Assembly (NCBI GenBank): GCA_040954595.2
Contig: CM082586.2
Span: 10,261,337-10,325,336, forward strand
Length of the DNA: 64,000 bases
Origin: Balanoglossus misakiensis
Lineage: Eukaryota > Animalia > Hemichordata
Reading direction: 5' to 3'
The notes under the pieces are model-generated. The model was not told the DNA's origin. It did no database searches and saw nothing but the letters and a program-made list of their open reading frames with translations. A program made the position numbers and the translations under genes. This document shows positions 39,527 to 51,839 of this stretch, one piece after another (position 1 is the stretch's first letter; each line of letters starts with the position of its first letter).

Positions 39527-40053
39527 ATGATACTGTTCATGATGATGTAGTATTTAATTAAACCACCTCTACTGAGACAACATCAACCACAGTCATCAAT
39601 TTCGCTGTCAGATTTTGACATTAAACAAGAAGAAGCCATTGCTTGGTCAGAACTGTTTTCTGACGCATTCATTTTTGCTCTACAAAAAATACAATGCACA
39701 GAGCTGATATAGAAACAGTATTTGGGGATTTTAAATCAACATTAGCAACAACTGCTAACAGTAATGACAGTGAATGCTCAAATGTCATTTATTTGGGCAT
39801 ATCAAGTGAACACGCAGACTCTATTGAAACTGTCCATAACATTATCAATAAGCTGTATATGTTACATTCAGAGTTGGTGTAAGAATAAAATACCTGGTTG
39901 TGGTTGGTGATGGGAAAACTTTCCATCACCTGATAAAGTTAAAAGACATGTATGGTGCAGATTTAGACTGGTTGCAGCCTTTTATCGGAGACTGGCATAC
40001 TCTAAAAAATTACCAACCAGTCATCATGAAAATATTCTGGGATGCTGACTTAA

Positions 40054-40849
40054 GATGGGTCCCTGGGATCTTTTTGCTCGTTGCTATGGGCCTTTATAGG
40101 ACATTACACCCCGATTTGGACTAAGCCGTTTTCAGAGTCTAACAAGGGGCTGGTAACTAGTTGAAAATCTGCACGATTGTGTGCACACCCCATGTCCGAG
40201 TATGTTTACGGCAGCTACCGCCCGGCCATAGGCCGCCACGCTAATACGGCAAAGCAGCGGTCAGCGATAGCGTGCGCGTCCTGTAACCACAGTAACTGGA
40301 TCGAACGCTAAAAATCCAATGTTTTGTACACAGAGATTTTGTACCGTTCACGAAAATCCCTAAGGCTTTTTTCATAGGCCACGTACGCCAGTCAAATTTG
40401 ACCTGCTTGTTGAGAACGTACTTCCGCACAGTGTGACGGATCGTTTTTTTCTGTTTTCGTCGTGCTAAGAAGCGATACCGGTGGAAGAGTGCGTCCAAAA
40501 ACACCCAAAATCGATGACTTTTTCAGATGTGGTACGGGTATGCTGAAATCGTAGGATACAACGATAATATTCGAAAACAAAATCCGTCACGATCTTCCCT
40601 GGTTCAAGCAACTAATGAATACGTATCAAGTTCGTTTTTGAGGTCACGGAATAAAAAGCCTTAGGCTTTTGAAATTTGACCTAGCTAATTTGCATATCAA
40701 TGGCGTCAGGGGGCGCGCGCTCACAATCGTGCAGATTTTCAACTAGTTACCAGCCCCTTGTTAGACTCTGAAAACGGCTTAGTCCAAATCGGGGTGTAAT
40801 GTCCTATAAAGGCCCATAGCAACGAGCAAAAAGATCCTAGGGACCCATC
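40054..40849. mobile_element. 796-bp non-autonomous DNA transposon with 128-bp TIRs and TTAA TSD (Kolobok-like)
   Basis: TIRs 40054-40181 and 40722-40849 are nearly identical. TTAA at 40050-40053 and 40850-40853. Excision restores the frame WDADL-KHLAG. Confidence 0.92.
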
Positions 40850-41183
40850 TTAAAACATCTGGCAGGGTTCAATCATAAAGGGGGAACTTCGGAAACCCTA
40901 GTTCAGTGTACAAATTTCAAGCTAACTCATCGCTTCCCAACACAAATTTGGGAACGTATGTTTAGATGTCTTGTCAATTCCTTTTTGAATCAGAGGGGTG
41001 AAACCCATAATACCCAGCACTGTCCCTTAGATACAGAAACAGTCCAAAAATGTTTACTAGAAGCTGTCACAAAATGTTTGGAATGTACTGAAGATAAAGC
41101 TGATCATATTGACAAAATTAATGGTGACCTTAAGGCTCAACTTACTGGCTTGCAAGAGGAATTTCAGATTTTTTGTGACAGAA

Positions 41184-41798
41184 CATAGTACGATATTTTA
41201 CCCACAAGTCTCCGTTATTTGTATCATCGAAGGTTGCCCATTTAATAACTTTTTCTGTTTTAGATACTAACAATGATATGAAGTACATATAAATCTATTT
41301 ATTTTTATCTAGGAAAAGTACGTTGAGGAATTAGAATGTAAATTTCAAAATCAAAATTTAAAAGCCATAGAAATCAAAGTATCAATGTACTGCAAATGTC
41401 ACACTTTAGGGGAAACAAGCAATGACTAACTGAGGTGGCCAGTCTCTGTTGAAAGTTAACATGTAAATTTCCATTGTTCTGTCAATAGAAAAAATCAATA
41501 TCTTTTTGTTTGATTAAACAGGTTTTACAAGTGACCCTGTTTTACTCCAAACTTTTTTGTATGGCTGGCTATGCAATTGCTTGATTATTTTATAAAATTC
41601 GTATCTCCTCTCTCAATAATGCATAATTTTCTAAATCATTTGAAATGGTAATTGACAATAAGATTCACCTTAAAAGTAAGATCTCAAAATTTATATTAGT
41701 GGTGTACAATTCTCTCTACACATGTTAACTTTGCCTGGTTTGACTGAGTAAATGATTGTACAAATCAGAATGAATCATGGGATATTTCACGTACTGTG
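41184..41798. mobile_element. 615-bp non-autonomous DNA transposon with 5-bp TSD (Transib/RAG-like signature)
   Basis: Termini CATAGTACG... and ...CGTACTGTG. TSD CAGAA at 41179-41183 and 41799-41803. Excision restores FCDR-RANTDKTFKFW. Confidence 0.75.
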
Positions 41799-42384
41799 CA
41801 GAAGGGCAAATACAGACAAAACTTTCAAATTTTGGGTTAGATTTATAGAGGACGATTTGTTTGCATACATGTCTTTGTACATTGCAATAAGGTCAGGAAA
41901 TTGGAACCTTCGAATATTGGCTTTGAAACAAATGAACCCACTGTTCCATGCATATGACCGATCCCTGTACTTGAGGTTAATTCCCAGACATCTCGCTGAC
42001 CTTCTGAAGATGCCAAACTCTCTGTTGTTACATTTCAAAGCAGGTGGTTTTGTTTGCAATTTGTCAGGCTCAACTTGGGTTAATGTAGCACTAGATGAAG
42101 CCCATGAAATGTGTGTCAATAAAGATGTTAAAGCTGCATTGCATACTTCTACAGGTGGGTTAATGGAGAGAATAGCAATTTATTTACCCTATAGAGCTAT
42201 GGCTGCCAAGAATCTAAAAGATCAGTTATTTCCTTTCCAAAATGAAACCCATAATTCAGTTAGCGTACATAAAATAAATGAGTCAAACTGCAGGTTGTAT
42301 ATCAATTGTCTTGAAGGTGCTGATGTATTTTCACCACTTAATACCGCCAGGGAGCTAACTAATATATTTTCAGATGACACAGCG

Positions 42385-43470
42385 AAAAATAGCGTCAAGG
42401 ACACTGTGGTCCCATTTGAGGATTATGTAGAAACAGTGACACACCAGAATAAAAATTACAGGTGACATTGCAAGCAGATATGATCTTACGATATAGAAAT
42501 ATGGAATGTAAAAACATTAACAAGGAACATGCCCAAAAATTGACCAAAAATTGTCTGTACAAACACATATGAGAAGCAACTTCTTTCAGTCAGCCCTGGA
42601 ACAGACAGACAGACAGACACACACACACACACACACACACTGACCTGCCACTGGTAATTAAAAATTTAATAGCCCATGGTCTCTCTGACAGCTGGCTTAT
42701 TGAAGTTATGTAAACATGTCTAAGTTGGGGGTAACGACTCCTTGTAAACAGTAACTTTCAAAACAACTGGATAATTGGTTAAGGAGAAGATTTGCTAACC
42801 AAAAACAAAGAAACTTTCATAAAAACTCGCTAAATATTGAATATTTCTGATATCAGAATTGAATAAAAGTTGCACATATACATGTATGTGTTATGAAATT
42901 ATATCCCAAATTTCAAAGCAATCAGAGAAAAAACAAATTTCAAAGCAATCAACAAGCAGTTTCACAAAAGATATTTGTTCAAAAGTGGCAAAAACACAAA
43001 ATTGTACAATACCTTACCTCAATCACTACAAGGAACATGCTGCCAAAGTTCTATGCAATATGACAAACAGTTTCAGGAAAACAATTTTTGACAAAAATTG
43101 CAAAAGTTTCCCCGATAACACATTTATGAAAATATCACATTTTTTACAACATATTACTTGACTTACACCTACGAACATGCCTACCAAATTGCAAAGCAAT
43201 CTGGCATGCGGTTTTAAAGAAAAATAAATTGACCAAAAATGGCAAATATTGCTCAAAATTATAAATATGCAAATTTTGCAACAATTTGAACAAAACTATG
43301 GTTACTCAGACAACCATTAGGAAGCTTCATGCTAAATTTCAAAGAAGTAAGCCCATCACTTTCAGAAATGAAGACTTTTTACTAATAACATGGAAAAATA
43401 CAAAAAAATGCATAAAAAATAGGTAATCAATAATATTAGCTCAAAACATACATCAATTGTAAGCCAAACA
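42385..43470 (-). mobile_element. Helentron-associated (HINE/DINE-1-like) non-autonomous repeat(s) replacing part of the Academ ORF
   Basis: Terminal hairpin GTGTC-CTT-GACGC plus T-run on the - strand, (ACAG)n(AC)n microsatellite at 42601-42640, and internal TTTCAAAGCAATC-type repeats shared with 56.7-58.3 kb and 60.4-60.8 kb. Confidence 0.5.
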
Positions 43471-45059
43471 AGAGAAAACTAGTGAACTTCTTGTCAGCCA
43501 CATCTTTAAAAATAATTGTGCCGGCTCTGCAAGGTGATCAGGTCCTCATTACAGCAGGTGGCTTTGATGGAGAAAATAGGGACAAGAATCTTTTCGTTGG
43601 TAGTAATGGAATTGTGTCTGAGTGGGAAGCCAAAAGTTGTCATGAAGAAGCTGACAGTAGATGCATCCTTCATGCAGTTCAGTCCTCTTACAAGAAAGGT
43701 GTTATTTACTCCCCTGATACTGATACTTATCATGTTCTCCTCCCAGTACTATATCAACATGTTCAAAAGGAGATATTTGTACAACTTGATAATGATTTAT
43801 CAAATCTCACTTATTTAGACATGAATCAATTCAAATCAGATTTAAATTTAGACCCTGATTTGCAACATATTCCCCTCCAATATTTAGGCAAAATATTTCA
43901 AACACTGTTCATATGCACAGGTTGTGACTATACTTTGCAGGCATCGGAAGGAAATCTTTCTACAAGACATTTTTTCAATACTCTGAATTTATAACTAGTG
44001 GCACCCTTATACCTGGAACACTGATAGACACAACAGTAGACAGTGTAGGGAATGGAATTTTCGCTTTCATACGTTTAAAAGGTAGTGTTTATGTTAAGAA
44101 ACATTTCCAAGCATTTGATGCATCTCATCCTTTTGAACTTTATCGACAAGTAGCCAGTGTCACTAACAGTCTTAAAGATAACCACATCAAATGGCTTACA
44201 TATATACGAGAAACAATTTGCCCACGTATCCAGTATGAGGAAGAATGTATCCCTTCCTTTGAAGCCCTACAACTGCACTGGAAAAGATCATGCTGGGTCT
44301 CTCAGTTATGGTCCCAGGCCGATCAGTGCCATGTTACGTTTCCCTTATTCAATAATTATGGATACAGACTAAGCAACGGCGAACTTGATATTATTTAGGA
44401 CAGTGATGCCAATTTAGAAAAAGTGAAAAATAATTTGGAGTTGCTAACAAAAGGGTGTGGCTGCAAAAAGATGCCAACTTGTAATAGCAGATGTTGTAAA
44501 TGTTATAAGACCCACAATGGTTGTGGCCCTGCGTGTCGATGTAATGACTGCAGTAATCCACATAATGGGAATCCTGGATTCTGTACCACATCGAAAAAGT
44601 ATGGGGTATGCCCAAAATATACAGATAAGTCACCACTATTAGAATCACCATCACCAATCACTGATACTGAACATCATAATATGGAAAATAGCATTGATGC
44701 AATTTTACAGGAGTCACATGAATTTGACATTTTAAGAGAAGAAGAGGGAAATATTTACGAGACTGATTCTGACTTTGACGAACTGACTGATGAATATAAC
44801 TGGACGGAAGAAAAACAAACTGATTATTCAAAGAATGGTGATTGTGATTCCAATGATGGTGACTGTGATGACATTTAATGAATCATCAAAGAAATTGATT
44901 TGGTCTTTTGGGGGTTGCAGCCCTGTTGTGGTTTCAGTCATACCTTTTCAATCGCACCCAGTGTGTATGTGTTAATTTCAGACATGGTTACTATAACCGT
45001 GTTCCAAACAATCACCATTTTATCCGCTTGACACTGCGGTAACACAACGATCACTTCTT

Positions 45060-45740
45060 TGTCCTCTACTTTTTAATATGTACACTTCTCCATTAGGGAA
45101 ATTAGTTTCTAGTCATGGATGCCTGTATATAGCTTTTATGCAGATGGCTCTTCATTGTCTTTTACCAACGAGAATGCTCCCAGAATGCTTTATGCGGTAC
45201 TGGATGTCTGAAAATGTCTTGTGTTTAAATAACGATAAGACTGAATTTGTTATTTTTTCTGCTACTTCGGGTAATCTATCTGCCAGAGGGATTACAGAAA
45301 TTCATGTGATGCTCTGAAACCTGTTCATTGTCTGACAATGATTGCACAGATCTGCCATTCAGTCGCTTTTCATTTGCAGCATATTGCACTTGTCTGTAAA
45401 TATTTATCTCAAGCCGCCACAGAGCAATAAAGTTCCTGCTTTTGTTGCATTTCGAATAGATTTGTGTAATTCACTTTTATTTGGGCTCCCTAAGTACGAG
45501 ATCAGTCGTATTCAAGTTCAAAATATTGCTGCTAGTTCCAAAATCACCTTTTACATCAATGCAATTTCAGTTGCATTGGTTACCTGTGTCTGATCGTATT
45601 GTTTTCAAGATGTTATTTCTTATTTTTGAATTCATTCATAGACTTGGACCATCATATCTGTCTGATATGATCAAATTATATGTTCCAAATCGAAACTTGA
45701 AGTCAGCTGATCAGCTCAAACTCTGTCATGTTCAGCCCAA
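45060..45740 (+). mobile_element. Degenerate L2/Crack-clade LINE reverse transcriptase fragment
   Basis: YTSPLG..YAD, WMSENxLxLNNDKTE, RIDLCNSLLFGLP, LHWLPVxDRIxFK and PSYL motifs spread across several frames. Confidence 0.85.
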
Positions 45741-46699
45741 TGCAATGATGACAACAAAAGTCAAAACAAAATTGCTTGCCTTCAGACACAAATATTTATT
45801 GCACATATCATCAGCGAATAAAGGGAAATGGTTTCGAAGTTACAGTTGGCATTTTGCATATTCGAAACATCTACTTATATCCCAGGCCATGATACGGAGA
45901 AAAAAAAATACACCAGCTGTGCTCCTCACACGTACGTAGTCATGTATGGTAAACCTGGCATTCTGTCCATATGGGACCTACATTTGTAGGCGATTGATCG
46001 ATGTTGTGTCGAAATCAGGCCAGTAATTAAGTTAAAACTTGGCTAATATGTTACCTTAGGGTGTTATCCATTATCCAGTAACTGTTTTACTTAAGAATTG
46101 CCTTTCAAAGACTGTTTCCCCATGGTAAACTTATCGTTTCACGATCAATGCAACACTTCCTGTTACGCAAGCATTTCAAATTAATTTCTTTTCACGGATG
46201 TTGGGACCGATATTAGACCTCTCTATCAGGAAAGTTTGGTTACTTTCTGAGGTCGTTTTCAAATGATTTTTGACACGTTTGTGGACGTCTCTTTCGGGGT
46301 CACCAACATACCACCGAAAACACGTTAAAAACTTTTACTATTACCACAGATTTTCATAAAATTTACGTATGCAGTGAAAAATGGGAATCACTTTCGTAAT
46401 TTATCCAGCTAACATGGTATTTTATTGCACAACAGAGCGTAAAAATCAAGTTGAAAATCACCTTGAAAACTGGCCTATTGCCGTCTGTTTGAAAGTTAAC
46501 GGTCGCTCGCTTGATGAACTTTCATATGCAAATGAGCACCGTGCGATCTGACTGTGTATATGTACTCCTTGTAGACTGAATGGGACCACTGTGTCCTTGA
46601 CGCAATTTTTTACACTTATCAGGTATATGTTGACTAACACAAGCCAAAATATCACCAACTCATCTGAGAAATCTTATCCCAGGTCCTAAGGTTGTGAGA

Positions 46700-47106
46700 T
46701 TAATAGAATCTCACACTCCCAAGGACTAGGGGTCATAATTCTGACATGAGTTGGGGATTTTATGTCCTACACAAGCCGCAGGCGAGTGTGGGACAAAATA
46801 TCCCTGACGAGTGTGGGAAATATGATCATAGGTCCTTTGTGTATGAGATTATATTTCTCACACGGGCACAAATTAGCTAAATTCGTCTTAAAACATTGAA
46901 TAAATGACTCTTGAATTGTCATCTGGCATGTAGTTTCTTTATCGTGTCATTGGATAACATTTAGCGCACGTTATTAAAAAACGCTTTGTCATCCAATCGG
47001 CGCTCGCGTCATATACAGCTTTCGATTCAGTGAGTGTGTGGGATTGATTTGTTCTCACACTCTGATCCCACACTCTCAGCATGCCAGGAGTGTGAGAATC
47101 TATTAA
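46700..47106. mobile_element. MITE with 20-bp TIR
   Basis: TTAATAGAATCTCACACTCC ... GGAGTGTGAGAATCTATTAA (1 mismatch), with internal hairpin CACAAGCCGCAGGCGAGTG. Confidence 0.65.
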
Positions 47107-47423
47107 GATCTACGAGTTTGAAATCTTAGGTGAAGATTTTATCAATTTCACTGCCAACCATGTAGGGCATACTGGGATATGTGTACATGCCAAAGCACAA
47201 ACAGTTATGACCTGACAGCTCAGTTTGTAGATCATTTCTACAAATCCACAAAGAAACTCAAAGTTTAGAAAAGTCAGGCCTGTTAGAAATATTATAAATA
47301 TCACTGTTAATACTAATTTCAAAGCCATGTGAATTTGTTCACTTTATGGAAATTTTTAAAGGAAGGGAGGATTGGTATTGACTTGAATAATTACAACGGA
47401 TGTTTTTTTCTCTCTATTTTCAG

Positions 47424-47543
47424 ATGTGAATGAGTGTTCAGATTCTGTTTGTGCTGGAGGTTTTCTCAATGCAGAGGGTGGATTCAGCTGTAGTTGTGGT
47501 GATGATGGTTTCTCTCTGAGTGCAGAGCATGTCAATTGTTTAG
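47424..47543 (+). pseudogene. cbEGF exon (120 bp), third Cys replaced by Phe
   Basis: TTTTCAG/GTAAGT sites. Reads (D)VNECSDSVCAGGFLNAEGGFSCSCGDDGFSLSAEHVNCL. Confidence 0.85.
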
Positions 47544-49400
47544 GTAAGTTTTTTTTGAGTGGGGAGGGGATAGGTCAACAATGGATTTGCATTTCCTGCT
47601 TCAAAAGGGCGCTTACAGAAGTTGTAAGTGACAGACTTTACAGTCAGTCACCATGTTAAAACAGAAAATAATTAAAAGTTATCAGGCACTTTCCATAGTT
47701 AGAAATTTAAAAAAATAGCGTCAAGGACACCTGGTGCTCTCTCAGTGTGTAGTGGCTGATGAGCAGCATGTTTGGAGAACAGTGGTTTGGTATATGGGTG
47801 AAAGGAACAATTTGCAAACACCAAGGTGAAATGCTGAACTGTTTTGCTCATGTAATATTGAATGAAGCTTGATAAGGTGGGTGCTTGGCAGAGGGAAAAA
47901 CCACTTGTCAATGGCTCTAATAACTGTTTTAAATTTAGTCTTAAAATGGCCCGCACACACAAATGGCCTCACACAAATATATTCTGTCATTTCCCTCTCA
48001 GATTTTGTATCTTATGTTATACTGATGGAATTCATTGTGTATTGTCGTATCAAATTGCACCAGTGCAAGCTATGAGAAATGTGTTTTGAAAAAAAAACAG
48101 TGCAAGTAGAAGCACTAGTCTAAACGTGAAAGAAATATATTTTGAAAAAAAATATCAGACAGCATTCAAGATCAGCTTAAGTGTTTTGATAAAAAGTTCT
48201 CCATTTTCAAGTATATAGGTAATGTCATGTGCTGACTATAGTAGTGTAGGTGTTAGCAAAAAAATACATGAATTGTTCAAACAGAAAGTTCAATCATTTA
48301 GTTTCCCCAGTTTATGGGAGCATAGCAGTTGTGAACATAGTATATGAAATAATTTTAAAAAGTCATTGCTCTCTGGTCCATCATTTTCGGTAGAAGTGAC
48401 CTGATTTCACATCAATAGTTTCCCACCTGTCATTTCCAGCTAATTTCATGTAGAACAAAACTCTTATACAACATAATGACATTTCTAGAACTTATTTTTG
48501 CTGGTTGGGCCCACAGACTAACACTAGTCGTTCTAAAAAGAAACTTCCATAACAACCTGTACGCTTGACGCGTTCAAGTCAAGGCACACCTAACCAATTC
48601 AAAATATGCAAATTAGAAAAAGACGCATATGCGTTATTTGTGTCCCCAGAGACACACACAGGAAATCAAGCGAGTGCGGCCACTAGCTGGAAGAGCTGAA
48701 TTCAATGTATTGCCTTACAATGTTCATGATACAGGGGGGGGGGGGGGTGATGATCAATGAACAGAACAGCGGTCCAATTTCACGCATTGTAGTGCACTGA
48801 TCGTGGCAAGTTGATCATGGCAAAACAAATGACGATGTTAGATAGCAGTTCTTCACAAGTTTGACCAATTTGTATGAAAATCGTCTCGCCAAACACAACT
48901 GTTTTCTCGCGGGTAGTGAAAACACTGCTGGCTAATCCGTTCCGATTTCTGTCACTGTTCCAATTCTTCCTCAACACCTCAAAGCTACACACCACCGCCA
49001 AAAACATAAAGCTACACACCCCTACTAGAAAATGGTATGAATTCTTGACGGACGGAAGTAGTTTGACAGACGGAAGTAGTAGCTCATACCCAACTTGACA
49101 GACTCCTCTGTTTACACTTCGGAGCCAAAACAATGAGTTTGTTGTCTTATGCATGATATTTTTGGCTTTCAAACACTACCTTGTTAAATGTTATTTGGTT
49201 ACTACATTGTTTGTTTATCAGTATTCAGTACTGGTACAGATAAACATATGATATGACCAAGTTGTATGCCAGATGATATTTATTAAGTTTCACACAATTT
49301 TGCTCTCTTGTCGTATATTTTCAAATGTCCACTCAAAGACAACTGTAATTCACATGTATTCATTCTAATACATTTTATGATATTTGTGTTTTCCCTGCAG

Positions 49401-49510
49401 ATGACAATGAGTGCGATCAAGCTGGTTGGTCACCATGCCAACGAGTATGTTACAACACACCAACCAGTTACCAGTGTGGTTGCAGACCAGGATTCAACAT
49501 ACATGCGTTG
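49401..49510 (+). pseudogene. cbEGF exon with frameshifting deletion (110 bp)
   Basis: CTGCAG/GTGAGT sites. Reads (D)DNECDQAGWSPCQRVCYNTPTSYQCGCRPGFN, then the final ACA TGC GTT G (TCV) is out of frame. Confidence 0.85.
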
Positions 49511-49651
49511 GTGAGTATCTACAATTTGGAGAGAAAGTAAGATGTATGGGTTTGTACTTAGTGTCTTATACATGTATATGTGACACTGAAATCATATATT
49601 GTACAATCAGTCATTGGTAAATGTCTGCTATTCATGACACAAATCAACATA

Positions 49652-49836
49652 CAGTCAAACCTGTTTGAGTGGCCACCTCTATTAGGCAGCCACCTCTATA
49701 TAGTGGCCACTTTATTCTAGTCCCTGTGCAATTTACATCTACATTAATTGACTTTCTACAAGGTATAATGGCCACTTATCTATAAAGGCCAGTTTAGAAA
49801 AGTCCCTTCACTAGCCATAATGAGCAGGTTTGACTG
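49652..49836. mobile_element. pogo/Tigger-like MITE
   Basis: TA-CAGTCAAACCTG...CAGGTTTGACTG. Confidence 0.7.
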
Positions 49837-50294
49837 CTGTTGTGTTGATTTCTGTCTTTTTTACGTGTAACACAATCATGACATTTTTCATAAAGAGGGC
49901 AGCCTTCCAAAATAAAGTGTCATCTCAATGCAGACAATGTGAAAAAGGCGGTCAGTAGAGTACTGCTCGAGCTCATCTAGTTTGTTGTATACATGATACA
50001 AGTTGCGTGTAAAACTGACCTTACAATAAAATGTGGCTGTCGAACATAAGTCCCAACTATAGTGTTGATACACAAGACAATCAAGTTTTTACTTTGTGAC
50101 CAACTGGCCTCATGTTTGCATCTTGGAAGGGTAACATGACTGCATAGCAATGTTTTATTAAAATTTGGTACATAGAGAAATGGACTACTGTGACAGTATT
50201 GACTCTGGGAACTATGTAGATGATGCCCAGCCTAAAATACTGACTCTCTGCAATTATATTTTTTAGCATTTTTGTTCAATTGCACTTTCAAGTA

Positions 50295-50464
50295 CAGTCA
50301 AACCTGTCTAACACCAAAGGGACTGAAGAAATTGTTCAGATTGCAGGTGTACAATTTAAAGAGGTTCTTTCAACATGTGGTTCTATGTCAAAAGGTTTGA
50401 ACAATGTCTTTGAAATAGACAGGTTTCCAGATTAGACAGGGTTCGGTTGAGACAGGTTTTACTG
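50295..50464. mobile_element. pogo/Tigger-like MITE
   Basis: TA-CAGTCAAACCTGTCT...AGACAGGTTTTACTG-TA. Confidence 0.7.
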
Positions 50465-51587
50465 TATTTTGATACATGCTCTGGCTTAACCCTTTCACCA
50501 CTATGGTTCAGTCTAAACCTTTTATTTTCTATGGTAAGGTTGGATCTTTAAAGAGGAAACTGTTTTTTTCTGAGAATCTATTTATTTCCTCTGTCACAAA
50601 AATTGCATGGGAGTTCTAATTCTAAAAGGAAAACTGATTTGATAAAAGATCTCAAAGTCAAGTTTTGGATGTGGCTCCATTTCAAGTATTGTAGGTGACT
50701 AGTTTTTCCGGAGTTCAAGTCTGTATACTTGCAGTAGAGTTTGTCACATGGACTTGGGTAATCTGAGTGAGGTCAGAAATTGAACTTACACACATTTAGT
50801 TGAGTTAAGAACATGTCTGGTGTATTACTGTAATATGACTAGATACTGCAAATGCCTTAACTATAAGTGTATGTTAAAATACAGTTTCCATGGACAAATG
50901 TGAGTGATGAAATTAAATACACATGTTCATTAAAATCCACCATGATAGAGCGCCCCCACTGTTCAGAATGTCCATTTTGAAGTCCTACATCTATGACGTC
51001 ATGCCTAGCTGTCAATGTTAACTGATGTGCACTTGTACTACTAGTAAATGGAAGTACTTTAAAGTAAAGCTCAGATGCAAGGTTTTGTAAAATAAATATA
51101 ATATTAAAACGTTGCCATCATTTTAGTCCTTTGGAACAGCTGTCCTATTGACTAATGTGATCACTCTGTGTACGGCATATGGCATATTAAGCATATTAAG
51201 CATTTAGTATTTTTCAATCAGAAACCGTTAATCCTGTGATTAATTCTTCTTCTTGCAACATTGATTTTAAATCACCACACATGAATATTTTTGTCCAAAG
51301 GACTGCGATGCCCAAGTTTTTTTATGATAAGATAAACAAACAGTGAAATTCAGTGAAGAAGTGAGCGAGCACTTGCCCATTCATTGTTCAATGAAAGGTG
51401 ACCGCCAAAACAAAAGTATTGAGAAAATAACCCGAAGTTGGAGTTGCTGAGTTTTAAATTGATTTCAATAATCTCCCAAGTGAAAAGCTTGGCTTGGCTG
51501 AAGCTCCTGTAGTCATGTTACATGTAGGTAGATTGACACAGATGACAATGTTTGAATGTTTACACTTTTCTTTGTTTGATCTTTCAG

Positions 51588-51839
51588 AGGAATATTCAAG
51601 CACTGCAGAAGAATCTAGAGATGGCACAGAAAAAAGAACTTGAATTGAAACAACAGCAAGATCAACATGCCAGACAAAGTCAACTCATAGCTCTAAGACA
51701 ACAACATCAACAACAACAGCAATTACAAAGGTTACAACAAGAGAGAGCCCAACAATAACAACAACAACAACAACAAGCAGTGCAAGCACAGCCATCCAAT
51801 ATACAATCAACAAATCAACAACTAAAACACCTCTTACAA
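51588..51839 (+). pseudogene. Poly-Gln coiled-coil exon with in-frame stop (252 bp, phase 0-0)
   Basis: CTTTCAG/GTAAGT sites. Reads RNIQALQKNLEMAQKKELELKQQQ...RAQQ*QQQQQQAVQAQP...LKHLLQ, with TAA at 51756-51758. Confidence 0.75.

Larger units (their letters stand above)
35813..44878 (+). mobile_element. Decayed Academ (AcademX-type) DNA transposon ORF: DDE transposase + OTU-like insert + XPG/FEN1-like nuclease + CXC zinc finger, interrupted by 4 insertions
   Basis: Ordered motifs: PLHxxL..SxxLxxILNxxG (~36850), SIDNID + HGT (~37040-37110), VVGDGKT and IGDWHTLKNY (~39900-40010), AIRSGNW..LFHAYDRxxY..GGF..ALDEAHExxVNK (41880-42125), HEEADSR/SPDTD/TGCD (43640-43930), IPSFEALQLHWKRS..W (~44250-44310), GCGCKK.CNSRCCKC...CGPACRCNDCSN plus acidic tail (44450-44878). 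Many stops and frameshifts. TIRs not found. Confidence 0.8.

Noticed and set aside
40241-40580. ORFs inside the 128-bp-TIR element as a transposase
   Set aside because: Short, with no recognisable motifs.
49045-49082. Tandem GACGGAAGTAGT (ETS/GABP-like) sites as a promoter
   Set aside because: An 18-bp local duplication within probable repeat sequence in an intron, with no other support.
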